A DNA stretch of 64,000 nt from Lingula anatina (taxonomy: Eukaryota; Animalia; Brachiopoda): contig CM120643.1 in the NCBI GenBank assembly GCA_051362555.1, positions 1,612,001 through 1,676,000 of the forward strand, given 5' to 3'. Below the pieces are notes generated by a model, which was given only the letters and a program-made list of their open reading frames with translations, was not told where the DNA came from and did no database searches. Each line of letters begins with the position of its first letter. The stretch's first letter is position 1. Positions 50,806 to 64,000 of the stretch are shown here, piece by piece. Made by a program: the position numbers and the translations under genes.

Positions 50806-50992
50806 ATGACAGGACAAGGAGGCCTGGCCGTGCTTCTGATCATCGCTTTGACAACGGTGACACCCGTTACTGGCGCGGGTCCCATCCCCCTTACTCCGGA
50901 GGAAGAGGCGCAAAGAGACGATGCTGCGGCTGATATGGCTAACCTTCCACCAGAGCATCAAATGGTACCTGAACTGCCCCCGGGTCCTATAC
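50806..50992 (+). CDS. Secreted single-VWD protein, copy 3, coding exon 1; spliced CDS 50806-50992,52590-52861,53765-54109 = 267 aa
   Basis: ATG 50806; signal peptide MTGQGGLAVLLIIALTTVTPVTG; C|GTAAGT donor at 50993. Confidence 0.88.
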
Positions 50993-52589
50993 GTAAGTTA
51001 CAATTTTCACTAAAATTGCAAACTTGGCCGAATATGAAAATGGAGATTAATCGTTGATGACTTTAACCTACACATGTAGGGGTTGGCAAGAAAGTCATTT
51101 TGCTGCAACTTTTAATGTAGCACAGAGTTTTTAGGTGAATTTCACTTGTTATTCCGATTTTAGAAAACCGTGAAGAGATACTATTGAATAACACCGTAAG
51201 TATACAAATTGACAGAAATGTCGTCTTCAAACATGATAAAGAAACTAGAAATCTGGGTAGATTGCGGATTCTCACACTTTTTCACAAGGAAAAGTTAGCG
51301 AAAGGGCCCAGCAGAGGGCTAGGTGGTACTGTATGACAAATAAGATTACTAGTTTGAAAGATATTGGATTTACTACTTTCGGACAGCTGTTCAAATCATC
51401 TATCATGCCCATGGGGGATTTGGTCACTATATTGGAGAACACAGATTTACACCAATATTAGCACTTCACGGTGAAGTCGGTTGGATGCCACTAGTTTACA
51501 CTCAATGGCTGTTCATAATTAGACACTGGAATAGATTAATTACCATGGCTAACAATAGACTTACCAAGAGATTGTTTGAGTACTTAGAGCTGGTACATGG
51601 GAAAGTAATCCAATTATACAGGGTGTTATGGAAAACAATATTCTGAAAAAAACAACGCTAAGAACATATGTGCTTTTCGAAAAACACCTTCAGTTGTAAG
51701 TGATTTGTTAAGCTATCTATGGGTATCACCTTAAAAGACGTACTGTGCCAATTTAGATGCGGAATACTGCCGCTGAGGCTTCGTCCCGCCTTTGCCAATT
51801 GTGTGATAAGAACATGGTGGAGGATGAGTTTCATTTTGTGTTGGTATGTCCCCTATAAGAGGACATACGATGTAAGATTCTGGGAGACTTGGACTGTAGT
51901 CATGATGACAGGGAAGATTTATATAAAATACTAATAGTTTTAATTGTAAGTATACCTAAAGACGTGGCAATTTATTTAAATAGCTGCTTTAGTTAAGGCA
52001 GTCAGCTCAAGAGTTGAGTGAACTATATTGTGTTTGCTTAGTTAAAACTTTCAACCTTAATCATATATATATATATATATATAATTTATTTATTTATTTA
52101 TTTTTATTTATTTTTTTTCTGATATATGCTCAAAGTTCGGTGACTTGTAGGCCCATAAAGCCGGGTGATTAGTATATCTCTTTCACATGTCATGTTAATA
52201 AATAGATATTTATTATTCCAAGCAACACATTCGGGTGGAATGTTAAGTGCAGTTAAATTGGCCCATTTTTATCTTGTGACTGCTATCAGATGTTCTGCCA
52301 ATAACAGCTTTTGGATATCCTTTTTTGTAATATCTTTTTCAATACCATTGTTAGTGAACGAAAATACTAAGGGGATTTTCCGTGTCGCTATGTTTTTACA
52401 TCACTTTTTATATCCTCAGTTTTAATAAAAACATTTTTTTCTTTTGATGTATTGTTTCTTGAGTATCGGTTTCATTCACCTTTAATGATATAAATCATTT
52501 AATGCTGACTGTGGACTTTTAATGGAGGTGCTGGAAAGTATCCAAATTAGTGTTCCTCTTTACATTAAAGTTGCCCCTGATCATTTCAG

Positions 52590-52861
52590 CGCCAATCAAG
52601 GGTTGTGAATGTCATGCGCATGGTGATGTCCGCTATGTCACGTGTGATGGGAATGCCTTCAGATATAACACCCCGCCCTGGGTTGTAGGTATAATGGCAA
52701 AGACTGTACGTACCTTATTTTGGTATATAGTAACGTCACAGGAATTCTTTGATGGTGGTCCGAAGACTCGTCTGTCAGCAGTGAAATTCAAGATCTTTGG
52801 TCACTACGTGATCATCGAGTACAAAAAGACTATAGATCCAGAAGGACTGTACACAATAACG
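52590..52861 (+). CDS. Copy 3 exon 2 (VWD N-half)
   Basis: tttcAG acceptor; ACG|GTAAGT donor; 272 bp. Confidence 0.9.
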
Positions 52862-52897
52862 GTAAGTTTTCTCTCCTTCTTCTCTGTTCTCTCACTG

Positions 52898-52938
<41 letters not shown>

Positions 52939-53764
52939 TTGTAAACTGCTTTCAAAAGAAGAGAATTTTACCTTAATCGGTCTTTATATGGTTGACATAT
53001 GACATATGATGTCCAATTTTTTCTTGTTATTACATAAATCCCCAGTAACGGAATGATAACCAATTTGTCTTTTTTCCTCTTCTTTTTTTAATTATTAAGA
53101 GCAAAACCTTATATTTATTCTACTTCTTTGAATTGGTTTAGAATTGCTTAAGAATAATAATGACCATGAAATTGTTTACAAATAAGTACATGTGGAGAGA
53201 AACGACATTGCTGCATGCTTTAAATGTATGCGTATGGTGGGAGTGGCCTAAAGAAAGTAGTGCCCACACTGTATACACCACTGAAATGCAATTTTTTTTT
53301 AATTTTTTCCACTAACGTGCAGGGATTCCCAAGACTGCACTCAGTTCAACTGACCGCTCTTGTTTGTTTGTTTGTTTGTTTGTTTGTTTGACTATGAAGC
53401 GCATAGACATGACATTTTCAGGATAGGTCACATATGGCATAATGAAGTGATAACTAGAATTGTGTGATGATGCACGAATAATAACACATGAATGAATGTG
53501 AATGAATGAATGTAAATAATTTACTGAAATTTACAGGATAGGCAAAAAATAGTCCAATTTCAAAATTTTTTAGGAGAGACCAGAAATGCATGAAGAAAGA
53601 AATGAGATTTGGTAATGATCCATTTAAAAATTAATGAATAAATAAATTATTACTTTGTTATTGGTAGTGGCAGAGGTTGTCCTAACTGAGTCCTTTTCTA
53701 GTTATAAATTAAATTCTTACTATTATGGTAAGATAACACTAATGGAATTACATTATCACTGCAG

Positions 53765-54109
53765 GTAGGAGATGCCATTGTACCTGGTCCGCCGATATGG
53801 GGTATGGACGTAAGTCTTGGCCCCGATAGCTCAAGTATTGTATTGTACGAGGGGCATGGTTTTCGGATCTCCATAATTCTGAAGGATGGCGATTACTACA
53901 TTGAGGTGCGCTGCATACTTTTGCCACCCTCCCTGTTCGACATTTGGATACTGGTGGCCCGACATTGTCTCCAGATTTACATTCCTCCGATCTGGCAACC
54001 CTACATAGAAGGGATATGTGGAGATTGGAACGGAAATCCTGGGGACGATGTTACAGATCTTGTCGCCTGGCCACAGGTAACACCTGTGCCGTATGACGGA
54101 TTCCCTTAG
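53765..54109 (+). CDS. Copy 3 exon 3 (VWD C-half), VGDAIVPGPP...YDGFP*
   Basis: ctgcAG acceptor at 53764; in frame with ORF 53804-54109; EGICGDWNGNPGDD. Confidence 0.9.
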   Translation, partial: VGDAIVPGPPIWGMDVSLGPDSSSIVLYEGHGFRISIILKDGDYYIEVRCILLPPSLFDIWILVARHCLQIYIPPIWQPYIEGICGDWNGNPGDDVTDLVAWPQVTPVPYDGFP

Positions 54110-54184
54110 CAGCACACGACGCCGATGATGTAAGTGGATTTTATCTGGAATATGTTTTAATTATACCAACGAGATTGCTTAAGT

Positions 54185-54240
<56 letters not shown>

Positions 54241-55479
54241 CACACACACACACGTGGCAACCCCCAGAAAACGTTTTTCTTAAAAATAGCTTTGTTTCAC
54301 ACCCGACTTATCAGATTTAATTACATTAATTTTGTATCCTGATTTTTCAGCCTTTTGTTCTTCCTTACATAAATAATGTGCCTCTTCCGAAACCATGACA
54401 GACACCGTCAAATATATAATATTTGTCTCATTTCTCTTTAAACCAGGATGCGACTCGATAATCCATGACGTGATGACCAAAGAGCGACTACAACCAACTC
54501 TGCACAAACTGTCTTCTTTCTCCAGTCACTGATGTTCATGTGGGACACGGGAAGCGCTGGACGCCATTTCATGTTTCACAGCCGTCGACTTGGGTTACTA
54601 CGGACCATGTCACAAACTTTTGAAACCCTTTTCCAATGGAATATTTCTATCTTTTGACTAACAGAATTGAGAAAAGCTGATTGACTTCCTCACTTATTGT
54701 TTTTTGGTGTACGTCCATTGGAGAGTCGAAAATCCACAAAGGAACAGAAATCATGGACAATGAAACTGAAATTTGTGGGGGTGCACGCTACTCTTTCGGT
54801 TCTACGATAACTATTCTATTTTTTTAATTTGACATTGATCGAGGTTTTTAATGCCTAGAAGTGCAAATTCTCTCTTTTTGTAAAGAGGTTGAATTTGTTA
54901 GTATTTTGCCGTAGCAGGTATATGACATATTCAAGGATGTAAGCAAATTCTGGAAAATCTCCGAACACAAGACTGACCTTGACAGAGAAAAACACATTTG
55001 GCCTTTAAAACAAACGCAATGTGTCGCAAAAGAAAGTGTCACTTATGATTTTCACAAGTTTTGTTTGAAGTACAGTGGAAACGTGATTTTAATTGGGTAC
55101 GATGTAATATACCTTCAAAATGCATTTATCGTTTTAATTATTGATTTATATTTCTCTTGAATTCGTTTCGCCGTGCTTGTAGCTTTAAAATCGTTATTAA
55201 ATGGTATAAGTGATATCAAATATCTTTTCTGATTTACCGGGTGTATCTGCGTCAATATTTCCGATGCCTCCTGAATGCTTTCAACAAGTTGTTCTTTTTG
55301 GTGGGCGTAACGCGCGTACGTAAGTTGTCATCGGGGATTAAAAAGGAATACACGCTTAGATGACAGGTTTTGCGATAGGTCAGCACGATTAAGTACTTCA
55401 GAATTAAAATAAACGCCCGTTGGCTGCAAACCACCCACTTCTCATCTTCTGTATTAACCAGACTTGGTTTTCAGTTTGC

Positions 55480-56329
55480 ATATATGGTTCGGTACCTCAA
55501 GGATCATGGCTGGGTCCGTTGCTTTTTATCCTTATGATAAACGATTTACACCTACCTCCTGGTGAATCTCTTTGCCATAAGTATATGAATGGCATTGTTT
55601 CCGAGATCAGTAGACAATTTGATGAAAGCAAAATACAGGGACTAACACAGCATGGGACTGGTCTAGGACAAGCAATATGCGATGAAAAAGGAAAAAAACA
55701 AAACAAATGGCCATTTCATTTAAATGTAAGAAAGCAGACATCCCTAAGTTCGTGATTAACAAAGCATATGAAGCGTACAGGCCTTACAACTGATGCCCTT
55801 GTATATTATCACCAGGCGGTCATAAGGCCAGTTTTAGAATATGTTGACCCTGTCTATATATAGCACTTTAGGTTAACAGATGAACTGACTGCCCTGGTAG
55901 AAAAGTCCCAAGAAATAGCCCTTAAGATATTGCGTCCTGAACTTGAATATGACGCTGCTTGTGAACATAGTAAACTTGAACTACTGACTAAAGGACGGCT
56001 CAATGCATGCAAAAAATTGTTTATCAGAATATATAATGAATTGGACCATAAATTGCATTTACAACCAAAAATGTCAAATATTGATTAAAAGAACAGAAGG
56101 CATTCAAAAGACCTAGAATTAAAGTCAAAGATCAATGTGTGACTTTTTAAGCAGTGCGATATACATGTACAAGTTCCGAAATTGATAGACTTGTTTTCTT
56201 TTCTAACCTTGCATTTTGATTTAAATTTGTTCACACATGTCTTTTAATATTTTTTTTTTCTTGCTTATTCACTAGTGGTTTTATTCTAGTATGATGCAAA
56301 TGTTTGCAAATTTGGTAATAATAATAATG

Positions 56330-56378
<49 letters not shown>
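55480..56378 (+). mobile_element. 5'-truncated decayed LINE (CR1/L2-like RT fragment) between copies 3 and 4
   Basis: GSVPQGSWLGPLLFILMINDL motif; IRPVLEY-like downstream remnant; (ATT)n tail at ~56317-56378. Confidence 0.75.
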
Positions 56379-56379
<1 letters not shown>

Positions 56380-59043
56380 AAGCCAAGCGGTCAACAATTG
56401 ATCTTCACTGCAGCTATGGAAAAAAAACCAATCATTTAACTAGACGCATATCTTGGAATATTTGGTGAAAAATCAATTTGTGGCTCTGGTAGAGGGTGTT
56501 GAACATATGTATACGTAGTTTCAATTTCATTATTATTATTATTTTTTTTTATTTATTTATTTTTTTTTTTTTTTTGCACGCTCGTGACGCCCACCATAAA
56601 CGAACAACTTGTTGAAGGCATTTGAGAGACATGGGAAATAGTGATGCAGAAAAATGGAACAGATGTATATGATTCCAACAGTGATCGAGATTGAAGGGAG
56701 TGCGTCTGGCTGTGGAACAAACACCACATGTTATAAGAAATATTTTGAGAAAATGTTATTTACTTAATGTGTTAAAATTTTAATAAGTCATTTTAGCTAT
56801 GTATGTGTTGGCCGCGCCTCTGTATAATGATTCTACTGGACGTTAAATAAAAGATCAGAAAGTTTTAATATTAAGACTGGTTTTGTTCTTTAGCGTTTAT
56901 TTTATTATTATTTTTTTTTTATTCCAGCTGCTTTTAATCAAGCCTTCCGTTGCAGCTTAAAAACACGTTATTGTTTGCTCAGACCATAGCAATGCCTTTA
57001 CATTAATGATTAAGAAAACTGGCATGAGGTCATTTTGAAGGAGCAGTGTGTGTTCGTTGGACTGACAAACTTGGGTGTCCTATGATTGCCTGGCGATCCT
57101 CGTACCTTGCAATTATCATTCAGGCTATATTGTCAGACACTGCGGTACAGGGCAGGAAATTAGTGCGGCCTTTTGGTAAGGCTAGACTCTGGCAGCACTG
57201 TGCCTGTCATCCCCCCCCCCCCCCACACACACACACACACACACACACTTACACACATACTCGCGCTAATTTTTATTAGAATGATTTCTTCCAAGCTCCT
57301 TGGCAACGACAGCAGTTAAGAATAGGAATCATGGGCGACTTAAATTAGTAAAACGCCGTTCTCTCCAGTGAATCATGAACTCACTTGACCACATACACAT
57401 GCATCTTTGTGAAAAATAAGGAGGTGTGAATTTAATTTATTATTATTTTTACCGCAAATTTTCTTCTTTATAGTGATTTCATCAAAGGTATGTCTTAAAA
57501 TGAGACTTAAAAGGTTTACTTTTTGCACATTAACATTTTTTCGTTTGATTTTGACATAAGCCTTTAACTGGCTGCGCACCGTTGAGTTTTTATTATTAAA
57601 TTGTAAGAACATCGTCCTGAGGGGAAGTGGGTATGCGAAACGACAAAAAAAGAAGCATGTTGTCCGTCAAATTAGTATAGCACTGTTGCCGTCGTCTGTA
57701 TTCATACATGTAACCCCCCTCTCCTCCACTAAGAGCCGACATAATGTTGCATCCTAGCCCACACCTACAAAAAAAAACGAATCGGACGGAAAACCATGAT
57801 GACATTGTATTGAAAGGACCTATGTATTTTATATTCGATGCTTTGGGTTTTTTTTATAAAAAAAACTTTAGAAGAATTATAAAAAAATATCAACGGAATT
57901 CCTTACACTTCCCCTTGACCAAAATTAAAACAAACTACAGATATTTGATACCATTGATACCATTTAATAACGATTTTAAAGCCAAAAGCACGGAGAAACG
58001 AATTGAAGACAAATATAAGTCAAAAATTATACCATTAAAACCCCCTGAAGCTATTGTTACTACATCGTACCCAAATAAATCACGTCCCCACTGTACTTCA
58101 CCAGGTGAACATCGTCAAACAAAACTTGTGAAAATTATTAAAATTACTAGAGGTAGTTTTTTTTCTTTCGCGACATACTGCATCTGTGTTAAGTGCCAAA
58201 TGTGTTCATCTCTGTCATGGAAACTCTTATGTTCGGAGATTTCTCCATATGTGTATACTTCCTCGAAATAATGTCATACACCTTTCACGGCAAAATGTTC
58301 AATTCAAACTCACTACAAAAAATCACATGCAAGATTTTGCATTTCGACCATTGTCAAAACTGAAACAAACAAGCAAGCAAAAAATAGAATAGTTATCGTA
58401 GAATCGAAAGAGTAGCGTGCCCTCCCACAAATTTCAGTTTCATTGTCCATGATTCCGTTCCTTTTGCATATATTCGACTCTCCAATGGACTTTCACCAAA
58501 TAACAATAAGTAAGTTTTTCAATTCTGTTAGTCAATAGATAGAAAGATTCCATGGGAATAGGGATTTAAAAGTTGAAGTGACATGGTCCGTAGTAAGCCT
58601 GTGTCAAAGTCAGCGGCTGTGAAACATGGAATGGCGTCCAGCGCTTCCCGTGTTCCACATGAACATCAATCACTGGAGAAAGAAGACACAGTTTGTACAG
58701 AGTTGGTGGTAGTCCCTCTTTTGTCATCACTCCGTGGATCATCGAGTAACGTTCTGGTTAAAAGAGAAATGAGACAAATATTTGCCAGTGTATGTAATTT
58801 TTTCGGTAGAAACAAATTATTTACGTAAGGGAGAACAAAATGCTGAAAAATCAGGATACAAAATTAATGTTTTTAAATCTGATTAGTAGGGTGTGAAATA
58901 CGTTTTTAGGAAAAATGTGCTCTGCAGTGTGTGCGTGTGTGTGAGAGAGAAAGAGAGAGAGAGACTTCTGCAATCTTGTGGGTATAACTTATAGATATTC
59001 CAAATAAAATACAATCCACTTACGTCATTTTTGTCGTGTGCTG

Positions 59044-59385
59044 TTAAGGGAATCTCCTAAAAGGAGGAGTCACCTGTGGCCAGCTGTCAAGAATTACTAC
59101 ATCGTTCCCTGGATCTCCGTCCCAATCTCCACATATCCCTATTACCTGGGATTGCCAGATTGGAGGAATGTGAAGCTGGAGACAATGTCGGGCCACAAGT
59201 ATCCAAATGTCGAACAGGGAGGGTGGCAGAAATATGCAACTAACTTGAATGTACCAATCGCCATCTTTCTCAATTATCGAGATGTTAAAACCGTTCCCCA
59301 CGAACTTTACACCAGGTACCACAGTATCGTTGCCAAGACTTTCATAAAAGACCGCTATCGGACCAACTACAAAATCATTTCCGAC
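59044..59385 (-). CDS. Copy 4 exon 3 (VWD C-half), VGNDFVVGP...FRRFP*
   Basis: Minus-strand ttgcAG acceptor; IGICGDWDGDPGND; TAA at 59046-59044. Confidence 0.88.
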   Translation of the reverse strand, partial: VGNDFVVGPIAVFYESLGNDTVVPGVKFVGNGFNISIIEKDGDWYIQVSCIFLPPSLFDIWILVARHCLQLHIPPIWQSQVIGICGDWDGDPGNDVVILDSWPQVTPPFRRFP

Positions 59386-62300
59386 CTGCAATGATGATAA
59401 AATTCCGATAATGTTATCTAACCATAATAATAATAAGCATAAAATATATAACTAGAAAATGACTCAGATAGCGCAGCCTTTGCATAGACAAAAAATAAAG
59501 TTATAATTAATTTATTAATAAAAGAATCATTAATTAACGGATCATCACCAAATATACCCATTTCTTTCTTCGTCCATTTCTGAACTCACCTGATATATTG
59601 TAATTATTTAAAGGGATAATAACTCTTCGTTTTGGTAAAAAAAATGAATTTTCCTGGAGTAAACAAAAGTTCTCCCATACTTGCCAATGGTTAATGAATC
59701 CATTTTTACTTTCAAAGTTAGTTTCGTTTTTTTTTTATTTCTAAAATTTTTTTTTTTTTTTTTGTTAAAATCTCTTAAGAGATTATAACAGAGTATAGCC
59801 ATCAATGGAGGTCACGTGGTCTGAAGACAAGCTCAGATATCAGAATATTAGCTGTAACTGCTGTTTTTGTCGTAAAACAGTATATTATATTTCTATGAGT
59901 TATTCACAATGTTTTTTATTGTGAAATATAGATCCCTCTAATGATTAACTGATCAATGGATCATATTACCAGATTCTGATCATTTTTCAGTGGCCCATTT
60001 GAGACCTATCCTGAAAATCTTATTAAAATATTTTTGTATAATGCTGTACACTGAGAAACAAAGAATCAAACAAACAAAAATATTGCTCTCACAGCAAAGA
60101 ATTGCGAAATTATATAACATAAATCAATTAATCCCACATACATATCAACATATTGCAAAAACAAGGGAACGATATAATGAAGAACCAGAGTAAAAGAAAA
60201 AGTGTCCTGCAGAAAGCACAACTGGTTCACCTCTGACCGTGAGCTGGATTTCCAAATATGTTTCCCCTGAGTGATTGTAGGTTTTAAAGTTACTAGCAAA
60301 CAAGAGCACTCAGTAGAACTGAGTGCACACTTCGAAATCTCTTCACATCAGAAGGATCAAAATCAAAACCCAAAATATGCAGTTGAGAGGTGAACATATA
60401 CCTGTAGTTGCCATTATTTTCTTCAGCATGGTAATACTTTATAAAAATAAGCCATGATGTTTCTGTCCATGACCAGCAAATTATCATCATTATATATAAA
60501 TTATTAAATAAATATTAGATAAAGAGACAAAATTAGATTTTGATAATTAGATAATTAAAAAAAGATTTTTTTAAAAAAGTCACTGCTTTAGTAGGACTCG
60601 AACTTGAATCTCAATTGTCCTACGGTCAAATTATACAGGGGTCAGTTGAAAAGTAAGTCACATGGCAAATATAAAGCCACAAAGATATTGGCTATGTATG
60701 GCTTAATTTCCTATTCAAGTTGAATAGTGACTATGGGTGCATGTGTGCCAGTTTGGAGATGTATTTGATACAAAAACTTAGAAAAGTGCAGTGCGTGGCA
60801 AAAAGAAAGTCAAAGGTGAAATTCAAGGTCACAGTAAGATTGCCAATGTGTGTCTTCCTATCTGCAAGTTCATTGATAACTGTGGGTGTATCTCTGTCAG
60901 TTATGGAGATATAAGGGTCAGAAAATTAACACCATTGAGCATTGCTCTAATGTACTTTTTGAAATAGTGCAATTCCGTAACCATAAGTCAAATAAAAAAC
61001 GGACACCAATTTCAGTGTTGCACTTGACATGCTCTATTAACGCAACAAAAAGAGGTCCCTAGCTTTCACGACTCTAGAAAAAAGAAAGTATTTCGTGTAG
61101 GCAATTATGGCCACTTCTTCCCAGAAAATGCACCGATTGACATTTAAAAAGTTCGGCCTCTTCAGGGGGAAAAATGGAAGTGATATGATCACAACTGCGA
61201 TCTTTACAGAATGACAAACATACTTCAGAATGACAAACACACTTCGAAATCATCGTTGTCAGTGTCTATACGTAGCATGTGTTCATTTCTTATTTATATA
61301 AACACTGTGTTTATCTGAAGTAGCTCAGCAATTCAGTTAAATAAAAGGCAAAGTCAATCTACCGAGTGTTTGCGAACCACACGCTATCACAATACTCTAG
61401 GCATTTGGGTTGTATACCTTTCTCTATGTGAATTACAATAGTCTCACCTGACTGTTAGCGAACCCCTGTTTATCTACTCGTTGTGTGACGAGTAGATAAA
61501 CAGTACGATGTCATCTTTATTTTATTTATTTATTTATTTTATTTTATTTTATTATTTTTTTTTTTGGGGGGGGGAAGGGGTTAATAATAACGGATGCGCA
61601 AGAGGACAAAACGAACTTTCTGGATGTTTCAGTGTCAATTGTCATACATTTGACTGATGTAGACGGTGGATGCGGGGTCCGACAATAGAGGTTTTATGTA
61701 ATAAAATAATCGTCATTAAAATTCGCTAGCAAAGGTAATTTAAAATTACAATGAGAAGTTTCGAGAAGACACATACTAAAATGACCAGTGCTATGACCCG
61801 TGGGGTTACACGTTTAGTTTAAACAAACGACGGCTGTCAAAGTCTACGGGACGGTCATTGTTCGTTCTCTTTTATTAAGACGTTGTTGTTATTCTTGCGC
61901 ACACTCCCCCATTCACACATACACTATAACCCTTTTCATGTCTATTCTATCTCATCCCATATTGTTCGTCGCATTCCACTCCCCAGTGGTCATTTACACC
62001 CCTCAGCTTTAGTGCAGATGCACTAAGGTCAAACACCGTGGCTATAAAACAGTTCGATCTATAATTTTTATTTTAAAAATAAAATTAAATGGGTATCTAC
62101 TTCTATCTAATTCAAGCAAATAGTTAAAAACAGCTCCTGTTCACAGCTCTTGCTAAACACAGCAAGAACTGTAACCCAGTCGGTGGCTAAAAATAGCAGC
62201 TTACTAAGACTAAAAAATTACTTTGGTGGCTAAAAAATAACAGCTTACTAAGACTAAAGAATTGCATTTAAAAAGTGTACTGTGCCGTAAAGTTCGGGTT

Positions 62301-62742
62301 CGGTCCGACAATAGAGATGAAATTATAATGTCAACAAACATAGCAAGAGCTGTAAATCAGGCCCAGTCGGTGGCTAAAAATAGCAGCTTACTAAGAAGCC
62401 CCACATTCCGTCACCCAAAAAAAAATGCATTCAAAAGTATGCTATTCAGCCATTTTCGGGGCTTGAAAACCTCCTAATATACTACTGATATTTTATCCAT
62501 TATTTTATCTTTTATTTATATTTTAATGTAACCATAATAATGTTAGAAGTACCTTAGACAGCGAACAATTTTAAATTGAAACACTTAAAGCTGAAAAAAT
62601 TATTATCATTATAAACATCCGAGTACAAGTTGCTCACTGGACGCAGCCAGAGTTCTTTCCTATATTGGAAGCAGTATACTATGGTAAGTGGCCCGAGAGA
62701 GAGAGAGAACAGAGGGAGAGAGAAGAGGAAAAGAAAACTTAC

Positions 62743-63014
62743 CGTTATTCTGTACAGTCCATCTGGATTCGAAGTCTTTTTGTAGTCAACGATCACGTAG
62801 TAAGAAAAAATCTTGAATTTCACTGCTGACAGACGAGTCTTCGGACCGCCATCAAAGAATTCTTGTTTTGTGAGTACATACCAAAACCAGGTTGATATAG
62901 ACCTTGCCATGATACCTATAACGTTGGGCGCAGTGTTATATCTGAAGACTCTCCCATCACACGTAACATAGCGGACATCGCCATGCGCATGGCATTCACA
63001 AGGGGGGATTGGCG
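62743..63014 (-). CDS. Secreted single-VWD protein, copy 4 (inverted), exon 2; exon 1 lies outside the window
   Basis: Minus-strand tttcAG acceptor and GTAAGT donor; 272 bp; PIPPCECHAHGDVRYVTCDG. Confidence 0.88.
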
Positions 63015-64000
63015 CTGAAATGGACAGTGGCATTAAATGATGCCATTAAAAGTGAATGATACGCAAGACACAATACATCAAAAGAGGAATTTGAAAAGAA
63101 AAAACTTTTGTATTGAAAAGCTTGTGACCAATGGTATACAAGGCATCCAAGCTGCCAAATGTACAGACAAAAAGCACAAAAAGTGACGCACAAAATAGGA
63201 AACTGTCAATTCTGATGCTACAATACATTATCCTTAACAGCAAAGTCAGCACCGAATTTCAATTATGCAAAACATTCAATATGGATACTTACAGAAAAAT
63301 AATTCAATTAGACTATTTAATTCCCATGGGACTATTTAAGTCCCATGAATATTTTAGTGTAGGAAAGGTACGTGACATGATTTTCCTTAAATATCAAAGA
63401 ATGGGATTCTTCGCATCATTTCGCTAGAACGTACTTGAGCAAGCACCAACTGAACATTAAATGAAACTGATTATTGTTGTCAGTATTTGATTTCCTCATA
63501 GCGATTTACACGTAAATATTTTGACCACGTATCTGTAAAGTAGTAGTAATGCGTTATCCAACCTAAACGTATACAACGGTATCCGTATTTCGAGCCTGTT
63601 TGTAAATCTTGCGCGTTTCCGGACACTAAATAATACAATAAACAGACCACATTGGTCATCTTTCTACACAAAGAACGTTTCAATGTGTAACCTAACACAG
63701 TCCAGATTTCCTGAAGTATACTATCTCTGAGCCTTTCTTTCGAGTTAACGAGCTGTTGGTCAACTGCCAGGCATTTAAATTGCATTAGCATTTAGTAAGC
63801 TTGTCAACTTTTGATAGTTCGTTTGGAAGACTTTTGATACGATCTATACTACTCGTGGCGGCATCTCGTGTCACCGAAGTTGGTAAAAAAAGTCATGGAA
63901 GACCGTCAGAGACAAAGTAAGAAAATCGTCAACGCTCCGTTGCTGCTTTTTTTGTGTGTGTGAGTGCATCCCATGTCAACACAATGAGGCATAACCAAAA

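Noticed and set aside
13365-54109. One large multi-VWD gene (zonadhesin/FCGBP-like) spanning the repeats
   Set aside because: Each plus-strand unit has its own TATA, ATG, signal peptide and a stop in or just after exon 3
57744-58271. 175-aa plus-strand ORF
   Set aside because: Antisense of the copy-4 3' flank; the frame is not preserved in the paralogous flanks
62174-62400. Three short repeats GGTGGCTAAAAATAGCAGCTTACTAAG
   Set aside because: Irregular spacing inside an intron; most likely a local duplication or repeat remnant

Overview
AT-rich, intron-containing eukaryotic DNA rich in microsatellites and transposons; an invertebrate, possibly mollusc-like, origin is inferred from repeat content only. 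The core is a tandem cluster of four paralogous spliced genes for small (~257-275 aa) secreted proteins: signal peptide, acidic/Pro-rich pro-piece and a single, atypical von Willebrand type D (VWD) domain. Copies 1-3 are on + (13365-20773, 30528-40103, 50806-54109). Copy 4 is inverted, tail-to-tail with copy 3 (63014-59044; exon 1 lies beyond the window). All splice sites are GT-AG and phase-consistent, and all six Cys are invariant. Discrete loops are hypervariable, with a strong excess of replacement changes. Copy 2 looks like an unequal-crossover chimera of copies 3 and 1. Copy-specific insertions include a Penelope-like element with an 11-bp TSD and hammerhead-like motif, an esterase-ORF1 LINE, a Mag-like Gypsy element whose PBS is a 42-nt tRNA-Leu copy replacing the gag 5' end, an Academ-like MITE carrying a RecQ helicase fragment, and several MITE, foldback and Tc1 remnants. 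All coordinates and counts were read by eye; no database search was run.
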